This document shows positions 50,060 through 62,170 of a stretch of 64,000 nt of DNA, one piece after another; position 1 is the first letter of the stretch; the number at the start of each line of letters is the position of its first letter. The notes under the pieces are model-generated. The model searched no databases. It worked only from the letters and a program-made list of their open reading frames with translations, and was not told the DNA's origin. Source of the DNA: an uncultured Actinomycetes bacterium. Its GTDB lineage: Bacteria > Actinomycetota > Thermoleophilia > Gaiellales > Gaiellaceae. Location: positions 72,339-136,338 of the forward strand of contig CAWAGR010000025.1 in NCBI GenBank assembly GCA_963781435.1, given 5' to 3'. Made by a program: the position numbers and the translations under genes.

Positions 50060-51205
50060 CTAGGCGATCTTCCGGTGCTCGGCCCGCGCGAGCTCCTCAC
50101 GCCGGCGGATGAACGGGTTCGCGAGCTTGATGATCTCGAGCAGGTAGACGATGTAGACCGAGGCCGCGATTGCGAGCACGGCGACGCCAACGTCGATCCC
50201 GAGATTCAGGAGATCCCAGTCGCCGTGCGCGTGCGGGTGGACGAAGCGGGTCGCGAGGGCGGCGAGCGCGAGCGTCAGGCACCAGGCGTACAGGTAGACG
50301 ACCGCTCGACGCTGCGAGAAGCCGACCTGCTCGAAGCGGTGGTGGAGGTGCTGGCGGTCGGCGACGTACACCGGCTGGCTGTGCCTGATCCGACGCGCGA
50401 CGACGAAGGAGGTGTCGAGGAGCGGCACGGCGAGCACGAGCAGCGGCAGGACGAGGGTCGCGAGAGCGGCAGTCTTGAGCATCCCCTGCACCGACACGGC
50501 CGCGAGCGTGAAGCCGAGGAGCAGCGCGCCGGAGTCGCCCATGAAGATTCGCGCCGGATAGAAGTTGTGCCGCAGGAAGCCAAGGCAGGCGCCGAAGACG
50601 ATCGCGGTCAGGATTGCCGCGTCCGGACGGCCGAGCGACAGGTCGATCAGGCAGAACGAGAGCGCCGAGATCGCGCAGACACCCGCGGCGAGCCCGTCGA
50701 GCCCGTCGAGGAAGTTGACCATGTTCATCACGGCCACGATCGCGATCACCGTCACCGGGATCCCGATCCAGGCCGGCACTTCGTGCACGCCGACGATCGG
50801 AAAGGTGAAGCGGTGGATCCAGACGCCGAACATGCACGGGATCGAGGCCGCGAGCACCTGGCCCGAGAGCTTCTCCCACCAGCGCAGGCCGCGGAAGTCG
50901 TCGATCGCGCCGACCGTCGTGGCGACCGCGGCCCCGAGCAGGATTCCGCGCATCTCGCCGCCGAGCGGCAGGAACGCGAGCGACGGCACGAAGATCCCCA
51001 GGAAAAGCGCGATTCCGCCGAGCCGCGGCACGTTGCCGGCGCTCGGCCGCCGTCCGCCTTCGGAGCGGTCGACGACGCCGAGCAACCGCGCCATGCCGCC
51101 GACCGCGGGCGTGAGCAGCACGACCACGACGAGCGCGACGATCGCGCCCCAGACGACCTCGAGGTTGCCGGTGAGCTCGCTCCAGACCACTGTCGTTCCA
51201 GTCAC
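50060..51205 (-). CDS. Glycosyltransferase family 4 (MraY/WecA-like polyprenyl-phosphate sugar-1-phosphate transferase)
   Basis: GAIDDFRGL...NMVNFLDGLDGLAAG...HNFYPARIFMGDSGALLLGF...HLHHR. Same position as rfe/wecA upstream of atp in actinobacteria. Confidence 0.85.
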   Translation of the reverse strand: MTGTTVVWSELTGNLEVVWGAIVALVVVVLLTPAVGGMARLLGVVDRSEGGRRPSAGNVPRLGGIALFLGIFVPSLAFLPLGGEMRGILLGAAVATTVGAIDDFRGLRWWEKLSGQVLAASIPCMFGVWIHRFTFPIVGVHEVPAWIGIPVTVIAIVAVMNMVNFLDGLDGLAAGVCAISALSFCLIDLSLGRPDAAILTAIVFGACLGFLRHNFYPARIFMGDSGALLLGFTLAAVSVQGMLKTAALATLVLPLLVLAVPLLDTSFVVARRIRHSQPVYVADRQHLHHRFEQVGFSQRRAVVYLYAWCLTLALAALATRFVHPHAHGDWDLLNLGIDVGVAVLAIAASVYIVYLLEIIKLANPFIRRREELARAEHRKIA

Positions 51206-51211
51206 GGGCGC

Positions 51212-51838
51212 TTACTTCGTCCCGTACAGGCGATCTCCCGCATCGCCGAGGCCGGGGACGATGTAGCCCTTCTCGTTCAGGTGCGAGTCGATCGACGCGA
51301 CGACGATCCGGACGTCGGGGTGGTCGCGCTCGACCAGCGCGATGCCCTCGGGCGCCGCGATCAGCGCGATCACGGTGATATGGCGGGCGCCGGCGTTCTG
51401 GAGCGTCGTCACGGCGGCGGCGGTCGAGTTGCCGGTCGCGAGCATCGGGTCGAGCAGCAGCACGTCGCGGTCGGCCACGTCGGTCGGCAGCTTCACGTAG
51501 TACTCGACCGGCTCGAGCGTCTCCTCGTTGCGGTAGAGGCCGATGAAGCCGACGCGGGCGACCGGGATCAGCGAGAGGACGCCGTCGAGCATGCCGACGC
51601 CGGCGCGCAGGATCGGGCAGACGGCGATCTTCTTGCCGGGAATGCGCTGGGCGCGCGTCCACTCGAGCGGCGTCTCGACGTCCACGTCCTCCAGGCCCAG
51701 ATCCTTCGTCGCCTCGTAGGTCAGGAGCAGCGTCAGCTCGTTGACGAGGCGGCGGAACATCTCGGTGCTCGTGTGCACGTCCCGCAGCAGCCCGAGCTTG
51801 TGCCGGACGAGTGGGTGTCTGACCTCCGTTACGCTCAT
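51212..51838 (-). CDS. upp: Uracil phosphoribosyltransferase
   Basis: [15 protein letters not shown]...[11 protein letters not shown]...[18 protein letters not shown]...[17 protein letters not shown]. Confidence 0.95.
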   Translation of the reverse strand: MSVTEVRHPLVRHKLGLLRDVHTSTEMFRRLVNELTLLLTYEATKDLGLEDVDVETPLEWTRAQRIPGKKIAVCPILRAGVGMLDGVLSLIPVARVGFIGLYRNEETLEPVEYYVKLPTDVADRDVLLLDPMLATGNSTAAAVTTLQNAGARHITVIALIAAPEGIALVERDHPDVRIVVASIDSHLNEKGYIVPGLGDAGDRLYGTK

Positions 51839-51860
51839 CCGGCGGGGCTTCGCGACGCCC

Positions 51861-53154
51861 TCACGAGACGTACGTCGTGTAGCCGCGGAAGCCCGGGTAG
51901 AGCGGGCGGCGGTCGCAGAGGGCGCCGGCGCGCGCTGCGAGGGCGGGGACGGCGGCGTCGTCGGCGAGCGCGTCGACGATGATCGACGCCACCTCGCGGA
52001 AGTCGTCGTCGTCGAAGCCGCGCATCGTCGCCGCCGGCGTGCCGATGCGGACGCCTGAGGCGACCATCGGCGGCCGCTCGTCGAACGGCACCGTGTTCCG
52101 GTTCACCGTCAGCCGGCACTCCTCGAGCCGCTCCTGAGCCGCGAGCCCTGTCCACTCGGTCGCCCGCAGGTCGAGCTGAACGAGGTGCGTGTCGGTGCCG
52201 CCGGTGAGCACGTCGAAGCCGCCGCCAACGAGGCCGGCCGCGAGCGCGTCGGCATTCGTCCGCACCTGCTGCTGGTAATCCCTGAAGGCATCCGTCGCCG
52301 CGATCCGGAAGCACGTCGCCTTCGCCGCGATCGTGTGCTCGAGCGGGCCGCCCTGCATTCCGGGGAAGAGCGCACGGTCGAGCGCCTGGGCGTGCTCCTC
52401 GCCGCAGAGGACGAAGCCGGCACGCGGGCCCGCGAGCGTCTTGTGTGTGGTCGACGTGACGAAGTGCGAGTGCGGGACGGGGTTCGGGTGCAGCCCTGCG
52501 GCGACGAGCCCGGCGAAATGCGCCATGTCGGTCATCAGCATGGCCCCCACCTCGTCGGCGATCTCGCGGAAGCGTTCGGCTTCGACGGTGCGCGGGTAGG
52601 CGGAGCCGCCGCACACGATCAGCTTCGGCCGCACCTCCTTCGCCTGCGCGAGCACCTCGTCGTAGTCGACGGTCATCGTCTCGCGCGAGACGCCGTAGTG
52701 GTGGAACTCGTAGAGCTTTCCGGAGAAATTGACCTTCAGCCCGTGCGTGAGGTGCCCGCCGTGGTCGAGCGAGAGGCCGAGGACGCGATCGCCCGGCGAG
52801 AGGACGGCGAAGTAGACGGCCATGTTCGCCTGCGCGCCCGCGTGCGGCTGCACGTTCGCGTGACTCTGCGCGAAACAGCGACTTGGCGCGCTCGCGCGCC
52901 AGCTCCTCGATCTCGTCGACGACCTCGCAGCCGCCGTAGTAGCGCTTGCCGGGGTAGCCCTCGGCGTACTTGTTCGTTGGAGTAGAGCCAATGGCTTCGA
53001 GCACCGACGGCCAGGTGAAGTTCTCGCTCGCGATCAGCTCGATCTGCCCGCGTTGCCGCTCGAGCTCGCGGCCGAGCACGTCCGCGATCTCCGGGTCGAT
53101 CTCGGCGAGCCCCGCAGTACGAAGGTGCTCGAAGGTCTCCTGCGCAATCGCCAT
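51861..53154 (-). pseudogene. glyA: Serine hydroxymethyltransferase; one indel near 52872-52878
   Basis: N-terminal frame: [45 protein letters not shown]...AKSLF. Second frame (ORF 51861-52991): [17 protein letters not shown]...[14 protein letters not shown] (PLP Lys). Confidence 0.9.
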
Positions 53155-53207
53155 CAGCTCTCTCCTTGCCGGGGGACTCGGCCCCATCGTAGTGTGCGCA
53201 GCACAAC

Positions 53208-53661
53208 GTGAGCTTCTTCGAGCCTCCCCCAGACCCGCCGCGCGGCCGGAGCCGCGCCGGCAGCCGCCGTGGTTCGGCCCGCCCGAGAACGAGCTCGGGG
53301 TGGGCGTTCCGATCCGGCAGATCCGCCGTCGGGCGAGACGCCGCCGATCAGCCTGACGATGCGCGGCGGCGGCGGCGGCGGCGGCAGCAGCTACGAGCTC
53401 GGCTTCTGGGTGTTTCCGCTCCCGCCGGCGGGAATGCTGACGCTCGCGACCGAATGGCTCGCCCGCGGCATCGAGCTGACCAAGCAGGAGATCGACGCGA
53501 CGCCGATCGGCGAAGCCGGGGCCCGGTCGGAGGCGCTCTGGGAGGACGACCGCCCGATCGGCAGCGGCCCGGGCCCGACTCCGGGCATCTCCTCCTTTCG
53601 GACCGGCACCGTTGTCCTGCAGCCGAAGCCGCCCGAGCCGCCGCCGTCAGACGGCGCGTGA
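53208..53661 (+). pseudogene. Hypothetical protein ([12 protein letters not shown] ... poly-Gly ... [10 protein letters not shown] type); frame changes near 53240 and 53330
   Basis: Three plus-strand frames join into [11 protein letters not shown] / [27 protein letters not shown] / [68 protein letters not shown]... It is the only plus-strand gene between 25.7 and 64 kb. Confidence 0.45.
53365..53385 (+). repeat. (GGC)7 trinucleotide repeat encoding Gly7
   Basis: ggc x7 followed by agc agc, in frame with the C-terminal part of the hypothetical gene. Confidence 0.9.
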
Positions 53662-54274
53662 GCCGGAGAGCGCATCCCGGACGCGCGCGATCGCCTCGGC
53701 CGACGGGGCGCTTCCCTCACGGAGCACGACCGGCTCGGCGCCGGTGAAGTCGATCACGGTGGACGGCTGCCCGGACAGGCGCCCGCCGTCGAGCTCGGCC
53801 GCGCAGGCCGCGCGAAGCCGCTCGGGCACCTCGTCGAGGCTCGCCGCCGGCGGCTCGCCGGGGTCGTTCGCGCTCGTCGCTGCGATCGCGCCCACCGCAT
53901 CGAGCACACGCTGGGACGACGCCGGCAGCTTCGCGACGCGGACGCCGATCGTGTCGGGGCGCGACGCCGTTCAGCCAGCGGGTAGCGCCGCGCCGGGTTG
54001 CTCGAGCACGAGCGTGTAGGGCCCGGGCAGCAGCGCGCGCACGATCACGCCGGCGCGGCCGCGCAGCTCCGGCACGCACTCGAAGAGCGCCTCGACGCTC
54101 GCGGCGAGCAGCGCCGTCGGCTGCGTCCCCTCGCGGCCCTTCAGCTCGTAGAGGCCGCGCGTCGGCGCCTCGCCGTCGGCCGTGGCGCAGAGCCCGTAGA
54201 CGCCGTCGGTCGGGAGCAGCACGGGCTCGCCGGCGCGGATCGCGTCGATCGCCTGCCTGTACCGCGTCGCTCAC
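53647..54274 (-). pseudogene. tsaC: L-threonylcarbamoyladenylate synthase (YrdC/Sua5 family); at least 3 indels
   Basis: AIDAIRAGEPVLLPTDGVYGLCA...YELKGREGTQPTALL...LLPGPYTLVL (ORF 53971-54222), ...DTIGVRV... in another frame, and VLDAVGAIAATSANDPGEP...STVIDFTGAEPVVLREG (ORF 53647-53907). GTG 54274 lies in a GTGA junction with prmC. Confidence 0.75.
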
Positions 54275-55099
54275 TGCCGCTCGCCACCGCGCCTCCACCA
54301 CCCGCTCGCGGCCTGCCAGATCGCGCGTGATCGTAGCCCTCGGCGTACCCAGCGTCCTCGAGCAGCGCCGCGACCTCCGCTGCCCGCTGCTCGTGCACCT
54401 CGAGCACGATCCAGCCGCCCGGCGCCAGCACCGCGGTCGCCGCGGTCGCGAGCTCCCCGGTTTGCCCCTCGTCGACGGTCGCCGCGCGCGGCTCCCAGTC
54501 GCGAACCTCGGGCTGGAGGTCGGCGAGCTCGGAGGCGGCGACGTACGGCGGGTTCGAGACGACGAGGTCGAACGGCCCGTCGAGCCCCTCCAGGAGGTGC
54601 GTGCGAACGAGCTCGACGGGCAGCCCGAGGCGCTCGGCGTTCTCACGCGCGAGCTCGAGCGCCGGCGGCGAGACGTCCGTCGCGGTGACCCTCGCCGCCG
54701 GCCGCTCGTGGGCGATCGCGAGCGCGATCGCGCCGCAGCCCGTGCCGACGTCGACCACGCGCGGCGCCTCGGTCCCCGAGACGAGCGCGAGCGCGCGCTC
54801 GACCACGAGCTCGGTCTCCGGCCGCGGCACGAGCGCGCGCGCGTCGGTGCGAAGCGTGAGCCGCCGGAACCCCCACTCGCCGAGGACGTAGGCGAGCGGC
54901 TCGCGACGGCCGCGCCGCTCGACGAGCGCCCGTGCCGCGGCGCGCTCGGCCTCGGTCAGCGGGCGGTCGTGCTGGGTGTAGAGCTCGAGCCGCGAGAGGC
55001 CGAGCGCCTGCGCGAGCAGCAGCTCGGCATCGAGCCGGGGAGTCTCGACTCCCTTGCGCTCGAGGTACTCCGCCGCCGCGCGAAGCACCTCGCCGAGGG

Positions 55100-55103
<4 letters not shown>
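54272..55103 (-). pseudogene. prmC: Release-factor glutamine N5-methyltransferase PrmC/HemK; indels near 54335-54345 and near its 3' end
   Basis: LRAAAEYLERKGVETPRLDAELLLA...EPLAYVLGEWGFRRLTL...LVPRPETE...VDVGTGCGAIALA...DLVVSNPPYV (NPPY motif)...; the tail VTITRDLAGRERVVEA is in another frame. The 3' boundary is uncertain. Confidence 0.8.
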
Positions 55104-56157
<1,054 letters not shown>

Positions 56158-56216
56158 GCCCTCAAGCCTAATGGGCATCCCAAATGAGTTGGCCCATGAG
56201 CTGGCCAGCGAGTTGG

Positions 56217-56248
56217 GCGACCGCCGGACCCGCGGACCCGGCGGTCGC
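56217..56248 (-). terminator. 11-bp hairpin between the OsmC-like gene and prfA
   Basis: gcgaccgccgg-10 nt-ccggcggtcgc. No U-tract. Confidence 0.35.
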
Positions 56249-56257
56249 CGCGCCCGA

Positions 56258-56752
56258 TCAGCTCTCGTCGGCGGAGTCCAGGGACGCGAGCTCCTCATCC
56301 TCGAACTCTTCCTCCTCGAGCGGAGGAAGGTCGGGCAGCTCGAGCGTGATCTCGACGCCGGCCAGCGCCTTCGAGACCGGACAGGTCGCCTTCGCGCGCT
56401 CCGCGATCTCGCGGACAGACTCGTCGGGGATGCCCTCCGACTCGATCTGCGCGGTGAGCTTGATCCCGGTGATCCCGATGCCGACCTCGAACGCGACGTT
56501 CGCGGAGACGGTGATCACCTCGGGGTCCCAGCCCGCGCCGACGAGACCGTGCGCAAGCTGCATCGAGAAACACGATGCGTGGGCTGCGGCAAGCAACTCC
56601 TCCGGGCTCGTCTTGGGCTCCGTCTCGTCGTTCCGGGCGTCCCAGGTGATGTCGAGCTCGGGGATGAGACCACTCGTGGTCGAGATGATCTTGCCCTCGC
56701 CGTCTATCAGGCCGCCGATCCACTCGACCTCGGCCTTCCGTTCTGTTGCCAT
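56258..56752 (-). CDS. OsmC/Ohr-family protein with an acidic C-terminal tail
   Basis: [23 protein letters not shown]...[14 protein letters not shown] (the two conserved Cys). The tail is [22 protein letters not shown]. Confidence 0.8.
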   Translation of the reverse strand: MATERKAEVEWIGGLIDGEGKIISTTSGLIPELDITWDARNDETEPKTSPEELLAAAHASCFSMQLAHGLVGAGWDPEVITVSANVAFEVGIGITGIKLTAQIESEGIPDESVREIAERAKATCPVSKALAGVEITLELPDLPPLEEEEFEDEELASLDSADES

Positions 56753-57666
56753 TACGCCATCACCTCCACTCGACGGTCTGCGGGGGTCAACGCGCCCTCG
56801 CGCATCAGTACTTCCTTGAGTGCGCGAATCGAGACCTCGAGCTGGTCGAGGCTCGGCTCACGCGTCGTCAATCTTTGCAGCCAGAGGCCCGGGGCGAGCA
56901 GGATCATCAGCACGCGGTTGTCGGCGTGCTTGCCGGCGAAGCGGATCACCTCGTACGCGATGCCGGCGATCAAGGGCAGGAAGGCGATCCGCGTCACGAT
57001 CAGCCAGTACCAGGGCAGCCGCCCGAAGAGCGCGAACACGAAGACGCCGATCACCATCACCCAGAGCAGGAACGCCGTCCCGCAACGGGGATGGATCAGC
57101 GAGTAGCGCTGCGCCGTCTCGGGCGTGAGCTCCTCACCCGCCTCGTACGCGTTGATCGCCTTGTGCTCGGCGGCGTGGTACTGGAAGACACGTCGCAGCG
57201 ACGGGATCAGGCTGAGCAGGAAGAGATACGTGACGAAGACCGTGACGCGGACGAGCCCCTCCACGATCACGAACCAGCTGTCGCTCTCGACCGGAAGCCG
57301 GTCGGTGAGAAGAGCCGGGCCGACCTTGAACAGCATCAGCGCGAACCCGATCGCGACCGCGAACGAGAAGAAGAGCGCCCAGCGGCCGATCTCGGCCGGC
57401 TCCCCGTCGCCCTCGGCCTCCTCCTGCGCGGCGTAGTTGGCCGAGACCGACAGCGCGCGAAAGCCGATCGCAAGCGACTCGCCGAGCGCGACGACACCGC
57501 GGACGACAGGCAGCCGCAGCGTCCAGTGGCGAGCCATCAGCGGGTCGATCGTGCGCCAGACGTGGGCGATCTCGCCGTCGGGCTTGCGCACCGCTACCGC
57601 CCAGTTGCGCGGTCCGCGCATCATGACGCCCTCGAGGACGGCCTGGCCGCCGATTGCCTGGGCCAT
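56752..57666 (-). CDS. DUF1385-family membrane protein (commonly linked to rpmE/prfA/prmC)
   Basis: IGGQAVLEGVMMRGPRNWAVAVRKPDGEI...RLPVVRGVVALGESL...YHAAEHKAINAYE...SLIHPRCGTAFLL. Confidence 0.8.
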   Translation of the reverse strand: MAQAIGGQAVLEGVMMRGPRNWAVAVRKPDGEIAHVWRTIDPLMARHWTLRLPVVRGVVALGESLAIGFRALSVSANYAAQEEAEGDGEPAEIGRWALFFSFAVAIGFALMLFKVGPALLTDRLPVESDSWFVIVEGLVRVTVFVTYLFLLSLIPSLRRVFQYHAAEHKAINAYEAGEELTPETAQRYSLIHPRCGTAFLLWVMVIGVFVFALFGRLPWYWLIVTRIAFLPLIAGIAYEVIRFAGKHADNRVLMILLAPGLWLQRLTTREPSLDQLEVSIRALKEVLMREGALTPADRRVEVMA

Positions 57667-57712
57667 CGCCTAGGAGTCGCCCGAGCCGGCCCCGCCGGCT
57701 GTGCCGGCAGCG

Positions 57713-57923
57713 TCAGGCCTTGCCGGCCTTCTCGAGCCGCCGCTGGAAGCGCTCGACACGGCCGCCCGTGTCGACGAGCTTCTGCTTGCCCGTGTAGAAC
57801 GGGTGGCACTGAGCGCAGATCTCGACGTGCAGCTCGGCCTTGGTCGAGCGGGTCACGAACGAGTTCCCGCACGAGCAGTGCACCGTCGACGATGACGTAC
57901 TCGGGATGGATGTCGGCCTTCAC
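57713..57923 (-). pseudogene. rpmE: 50S ribosomal protein L31; single inserted base near 57883-57884
   Basis: [13 protein letters not shown], then a frame shift to [56 protein letters not shown]-stop. The span is 211 nt (70 codons plus 1). Confidence 0.9.
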
Positions 57924-58835
57924 GGTCGGGCCAGGATACCAGCGGCCGTCGTCGCGGCGACATTCCCGCCGCTGACGACCACGACCGGCCGCTTCGCCTT
58001 CACCTTCCCGGTGAGAAGCGCGGCCGCCGCAACCGCACCGGCCGGCTCGCAGGCCAGTTTCGCGCGCTCGTAGAGGAACCGGAAGGCCTCCTCGATCTCC
58101 TGCTCGGAGACGAGCACGTGCTCCAGCTCGCGGCACAGCTCGAACGGGAGGCCGCCGATGACAGGCACGTTGAGGCCGTCGGCGATCGACCGTGGCTCGA
58201 CCGGAACGGGCCGGCCTGCCTGGATCGCGGCATGGAGCGCACAGCTCTCCTCGGGCTCGACGGCGACGATGCGCATACCGTCGCCGATCGCGGCCGTGAC
58301 GCCGCCGACGAGGCCGCCGCCGCCCACCGCGACGATCACCGCGTCGGCGTCAGGTGCGTCCTCCTGGATCTCGAGCCCGACCGTGCCGGCGCCTGCGAGC
58401 ACCGCCGGATCCGTGTGCGGGTGCACGAGCGTGCGTCCTGTCTCGGCCATCAGCTGCGCGAGCCGCTCGAACGCCTCGGCCGGCCCGGTCGCCTCGAGGT
58501 CGACGGCGCCGCCGTAGCCGCGCGTGGCCGCGATCTTCAGCGGCGGAGGCGCCCTCCCACATCACGAGCAGCGCATCGACGCCCTCCTCGGCAGCGGCGT
58601 AGGCGACCGCCTGCGCGTGATTGCCGGCCGAGATCGCGATCACGCCGTGCCGCCTCTCCTCCGGGGTGAGCGTGCTGAGCTTGTTCAGCGCGCCGCGCGT
58701 CTTGAACGAACCCGTGCGCTGGAAGAGCTCGCACTTGAGACGGGCGCCGAGCGCGCGCGAGCTCAGCATCGGCGTGCGCGGGAGGCGGTCGCCGATCGTG
58801 GCGCGGGCGCGCAGGACATCGTCGCGGTCAACCAC
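57920..58835 (-). pseudogene. Threonine ammonia-lyase / serine-threonine dehydratase (PLP fold type II, no ACT domain); indel near 58538-58545
   Basis: LKCELFQRTGSFKTRGALNKL (PLP Lys)...ISAGNHAQAVAYAA (ORF 58350-58835), then ...LKIAATRGYGGAVDL... in another frame, then HPHTDPAVLAGAGTVGLEI...VAVGGGGLVGG (ORF 57920-58450). Confidence 0.8.
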
Positions 58836-59555
58836 GCTGGCGCACCGCCTCGAAGAGGAGGATCGCGCCGGCGGTTGCGGCGTTCAGGCTGTCGGTGGTG
58901 CGGCCGCGGAGCGGGATCGCGACGGTGAGGTCGGCCGCGGCGCACCAGCGCTCGTCGAGGCCTTCGTCCTCGGCTCCGACGACGAGCGCGATCGGCGCTG
59001 TCATGTCCGCATGGGTGTACACGGTCTCCGCACCGACCACCGCCGCGACAAGGCGGACGCCGAGCGCCGTGCACGTCGTCCAGCGTCGCCTCGACGACGG
59101 GCAGCGTGAACACGGCTCCGGTCGAGGCACGGATCGCGTTCGGGTTCCAGACGTCCGCCTGCGCCTCGGCGACGACGAGCGCGTCGGCCCCGGCCGCCTC
59201 GGCCGAACGCGCCATCGCGCCGAGGTTGCCGGGCTTCTCGATCCCGACGCGCGACGAGGTAGAGCGTGCCGTCGCGCGGGAGCTCTCGGACGGGCGCCTC
59301 GACGACGGCGAGCACCCCCTCCGGCTCGGCGCGGTAGGCCATCTTCGCGAGCACGCGCTCGCTCACCTCCTCCCCGTCATTCCATTCGAGAAGCGAAGGC
59401 GCGAAGTAGGTCGCGACGACCCGAAGCCCCGCCGCCCGCGCGCGCCCGACCTCACGAGGCCCCTCGGCGACGAAGAGCCCACGCCGCCGCCGCTCGCGCC
59501 CGCTGCGCAAGCGGACGACCTCCTTTACGCGCGGGTTGTCGACGGACGTGATCAC
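58828..59555 (-). pseudogene. TrmH/SpoU-family RNA 2'-O-methyltransferase; indels near 59255 and 59075
   Basis: [17 protein letters not shown]...GLFVAEGPREV / [25 protein letters not shown]...[15 protein letters not shown] / [13 protein letters not shown]...[23 protein letters not shown], spread over three frames. Confidence 0.8.
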
Positions 59556-61207
59556 GCAAGTGTGTACTCCGGCCCCGAGCCGCCCTCGGGCGGGGTGAGG
59601 CGGCCGCCCTTGGCCGTGATCGCGCCGCACTGGACGCAGTTCGACGGCGCGAGCCTCACCTCGACGAGGTCGCCTTCGCCGCCGGGCCCGACCTCGTACA
59701 CCTGAGCCGGGCACATCTGTGCCCACAGCGCGGCCAGCTCGTGCGGCGCCTGCGTCTGCACGCGGATGTGGTTCGGCTGGTCGTCTCGCGTGCGGTTGCC
59801 GGAGAGGAACACCGACGAGAGCTTGTCGAACGTGAGCCTGCCGTCGGGCGCGGGGTACTCGCCCGCCCGTGGCGTCGAGAAGATCTCGTGCAGCGCATCG
59901 CGCTCGGTCGGCCGGTTTCCGCGCGGGAAGCGCCCGCCCGAGACCGTCGCCGCGCCCGACCAGGCCACGCCGCGCCAGAGCCCGCCGGCGAACGCCGGGC
60001 GCATGTTCCGCACCCGGCGCAGATCGCGCCAGAGAAACGACGTACGCAGCGCCTCGTCGTAGGCTCCGAGCTCGCCGCCTGCCAGAGACGCCCATGCCGT
60101 TTCGGCCGCGAGCCGCCCTGACTCGATCGCGTAGTGGATCCCCTTGAGCGCCGGCACGTTGACGAGCCCGACACCGTCGCCGCACAGCAGCAGGCCCGGT
60201 GCGTGCAGGCGTCGCGGCAGGGCGACGAAGCCGCCCTCCGGAATCGTCTTCGCGCCCCACTCGACCCGCTCGCCGCCGTCGAGGATCGGCCGGATGCGCG
60301 GATGCGTCTTCAGCTCCTGGAGCAGGTCGTGGACGGAGAGCGCCGCGTCGCGGTAGTCGAGCCCGACGACCATGCCGATGCTCACCATCTCGTCGCCGAG
60401 CGGATAGACGAACGAGCCGCCGAACTCGCGGAACCGCGCGCCCGGCCGCAGCGGCCAACCGAGCGTGTGGATCACCTGCCGGAGCGGCCGCGGCACCTTC
60501 CACACCTCCTTCACGCCGAGCGCCCACGTCTGGGGGCTGGCGCCGGCAAGATCGAAGTGCTCGAGCGCCGCGCCCGTCAGGTGGCCCGCGCTCCCCTCGG
60601 CGAGGATCGTGACCCGCGCGCGCACATCCGATCCCGGCTCGAACCGGCCGAGCTTCTCGCCGTCGCGGCCACGTCCCTTGTCGCCGGTGCGGACGCCGAC
60701 GACGACCCCGTCCTCGACGAGTAGCCGCACCGCCGCCGTCTCCGGCAGAACCATCGCGCCCAGCCTCTCGGCCCGCTCCGCAAGCGCGCGGCCCAGGCGC
60801 GACAGCGAGACGACGACGTTGCCCTTGTTGCGCATCGTCGGCGGCGCCGGGATCCGCACCGCGCGCTCGCGGGTCAGGAAGAGCACCGCTTCGCCCGGCA
60901 CGTCTCCGTACGAAGGGAAGTCGTCGTCGCCGAGCAGCCGCCGCAACGGCCGCGGGTCGAGCACCGCCCCGGAGAGCAGGTGCGAGCCCGGCGCCTTCCC
61001 CTTCTCGAGCACCGCCACCGGCACCTCACCGAGCCGCGCGGCCGTCTCCTGATCTGCCGCCGCGAGCTGGCCGAGCCGGATCGCCGCAGCGAGCCCGGCC
61101 GGCCCTGCTCCGACGACCACGACGCCCACCTCGATCGGATCCGCGTCCGCCGGCGCCGCGATCGCCTCGCGCTCGCTCCACGGCGGGGGGAAGTCCGCGG
61201 GCTTCAC
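59552..61207 (-). CDS. Electron-transfer flavoprotein:quinone oxidoreductase (ETF-QO/FixC-like with C-terminal ferredoxin-like domain)
   Basis: From GTG 61207: [16 protein letters not shown]...[19 protein letters not shown] (FAD motif)...[16 protein letters not shown]...CPAQVYEV...[11 protein letters not shown]...PEGGSGPEY. Confidence 0.88.
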   Translation of the reverse strand: MKPADFPPPWSEREAIAAPADADPIEVGVVVVGAGPAGLAAAIRLGQLAAADQETAARLGEVPVAVLEKGKAPGSHLLSGAVLDPRPLRRLLGDDDFPSYGDVPGEAVLFLTRERAVRIPAPPTMRNKGNVVVSLSRLGRALAERAERLGAMVLPETAAVRLLVEDGVVVGVRTGDKGRGRDGEKLGRFEPGSDVRARVTILAEGSAGHLTGAALEHFDLAGASPQTWALGVKEVWKVPRPLRQVIHTLGWPLRPGARFREFGGSFVYPLGDEMVSIGMVVGLDYRDAALSVHDLLQELKTHPRIRPILDGGERVEWGAKTIPEGGFVALPRRLHAPGLLLCGDGVGLVNVPALKGIHYAIESGRLAAETAWASLAGGELGAYDEALRTSFLWRDLRRVRNMRPAFAGGLWRGVAWSGAATVSGGRFPRGNRPTERDALHEIFSTPRAGEYPAPDGRLTFDKLSSVFLSGNRTRDDQPNHIRVQTQAPHELAALWAQMCPAQVYEVGPGGEGDLVEVRLAPSNCVQCGAITAKGGRLTPPEGGSGPEYTLA

Positions 61208-62170
61208 GTGCTTCGTGCGCTCGCGCAGAAGCCGGGTCAGCTCCGGGACGATCTCGTGGAGGTCACCGACGACACCGAGGTCGGCGTACTCGAAGATCGG
61301 CGCGTGCGGATCCTTGTTGATCGCGACGATCGTCCCCGAGCCCTGCATCCCGACCTTGTGCTGGATCGCGCCGGAGATGCCGACGGCCACATAGAGCTTC
61401 GGCGAGACCGTCTTGCCCGTCTGCCCGACCTGCGTCGGGTACGGGTACCAGCCCGCGTCCACGACCGCCCGCGTCGCCGCGACTGCCCCGCCGAGCGCGC
61501 CGGCGAGCTCCTCGACGAGCGCGAAGCTCTCCGGCCCGCCAAGGCCCCGGCCGCCGGCGACGACGACGTCTGCCTCGTCGATCGAGGCGCCACCCGCGTC
61601 GGCCTCCTCCGCTGCCTCGACGAGCCCGGCCAGCGTCGAGTGCTCTTCGAGCTCGACCGCTACGTCGCGAACTTCGACCGGTCCGTCGTGGAGCGCCGGG
61701 TCGAAGGTGCCGGAACGGAACACGGCGAGCCGCGGCGCGCCGGTCCAGCCGGCCTCGACGAGGACGGAGTCGGCCAGCGCCGGCCGGTTGCCGACGAGCT
61801 CGCCGTCGCGCTCGGCGAGGTCGACCAGATCCCAGTTCAGCCCGGCCCCGAGCCGCGCCGCAAGCGCTGCCGCGACGTCGCTTGCCAGCACCGACTGCGC
61901 GAACAGCACCGTGTCGAATCCCTCGTCGCGAACGAGGCGCGCGAGCACGTCGACGCGCGGCTGCGCCAGGGGCGCCGCCAGCCGCTCGTCGTCGGCGACG
62001 AAGACCGTCCGAGCGCCGTACCGGCCCGCCTCCTCTGCGAGCCCGCGCAGGCCCGACCCCGCGACGACGCCGGCCACTTCGCCGCCGAGCCGCGCGGCCT
62101 TGCCGAGCACGCCGAGCGCCGGTCGGAGCAACACATCGCCCTGGTGCTCGAGAAAGACGAGCGTCTTCAC
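61204..62170 (-). CDS. etfA: Electron transfer flavoprotein alpha subunit (no in-frame stop; reads through into ETF-QO as given)
   Basis: VKTLVFLEH...[14 protein letters not shown]...[44 protein letters not shown]...IVAINKD..API...[15 protein letters not shown]. It ends ...LRERTKH directly before GTG 61207. The TGA of that GTGA is in the +1 frame. Confidence 0.85.

Noticed and set aside
53365-53385. (GGC)7 as a phase-variation switch.
   Set aside because: Trinucleotide unit changes keep the frame, so the tract cannot switch the gene on and off. It is treated only as a poly-Gly-encoding microsatellite.
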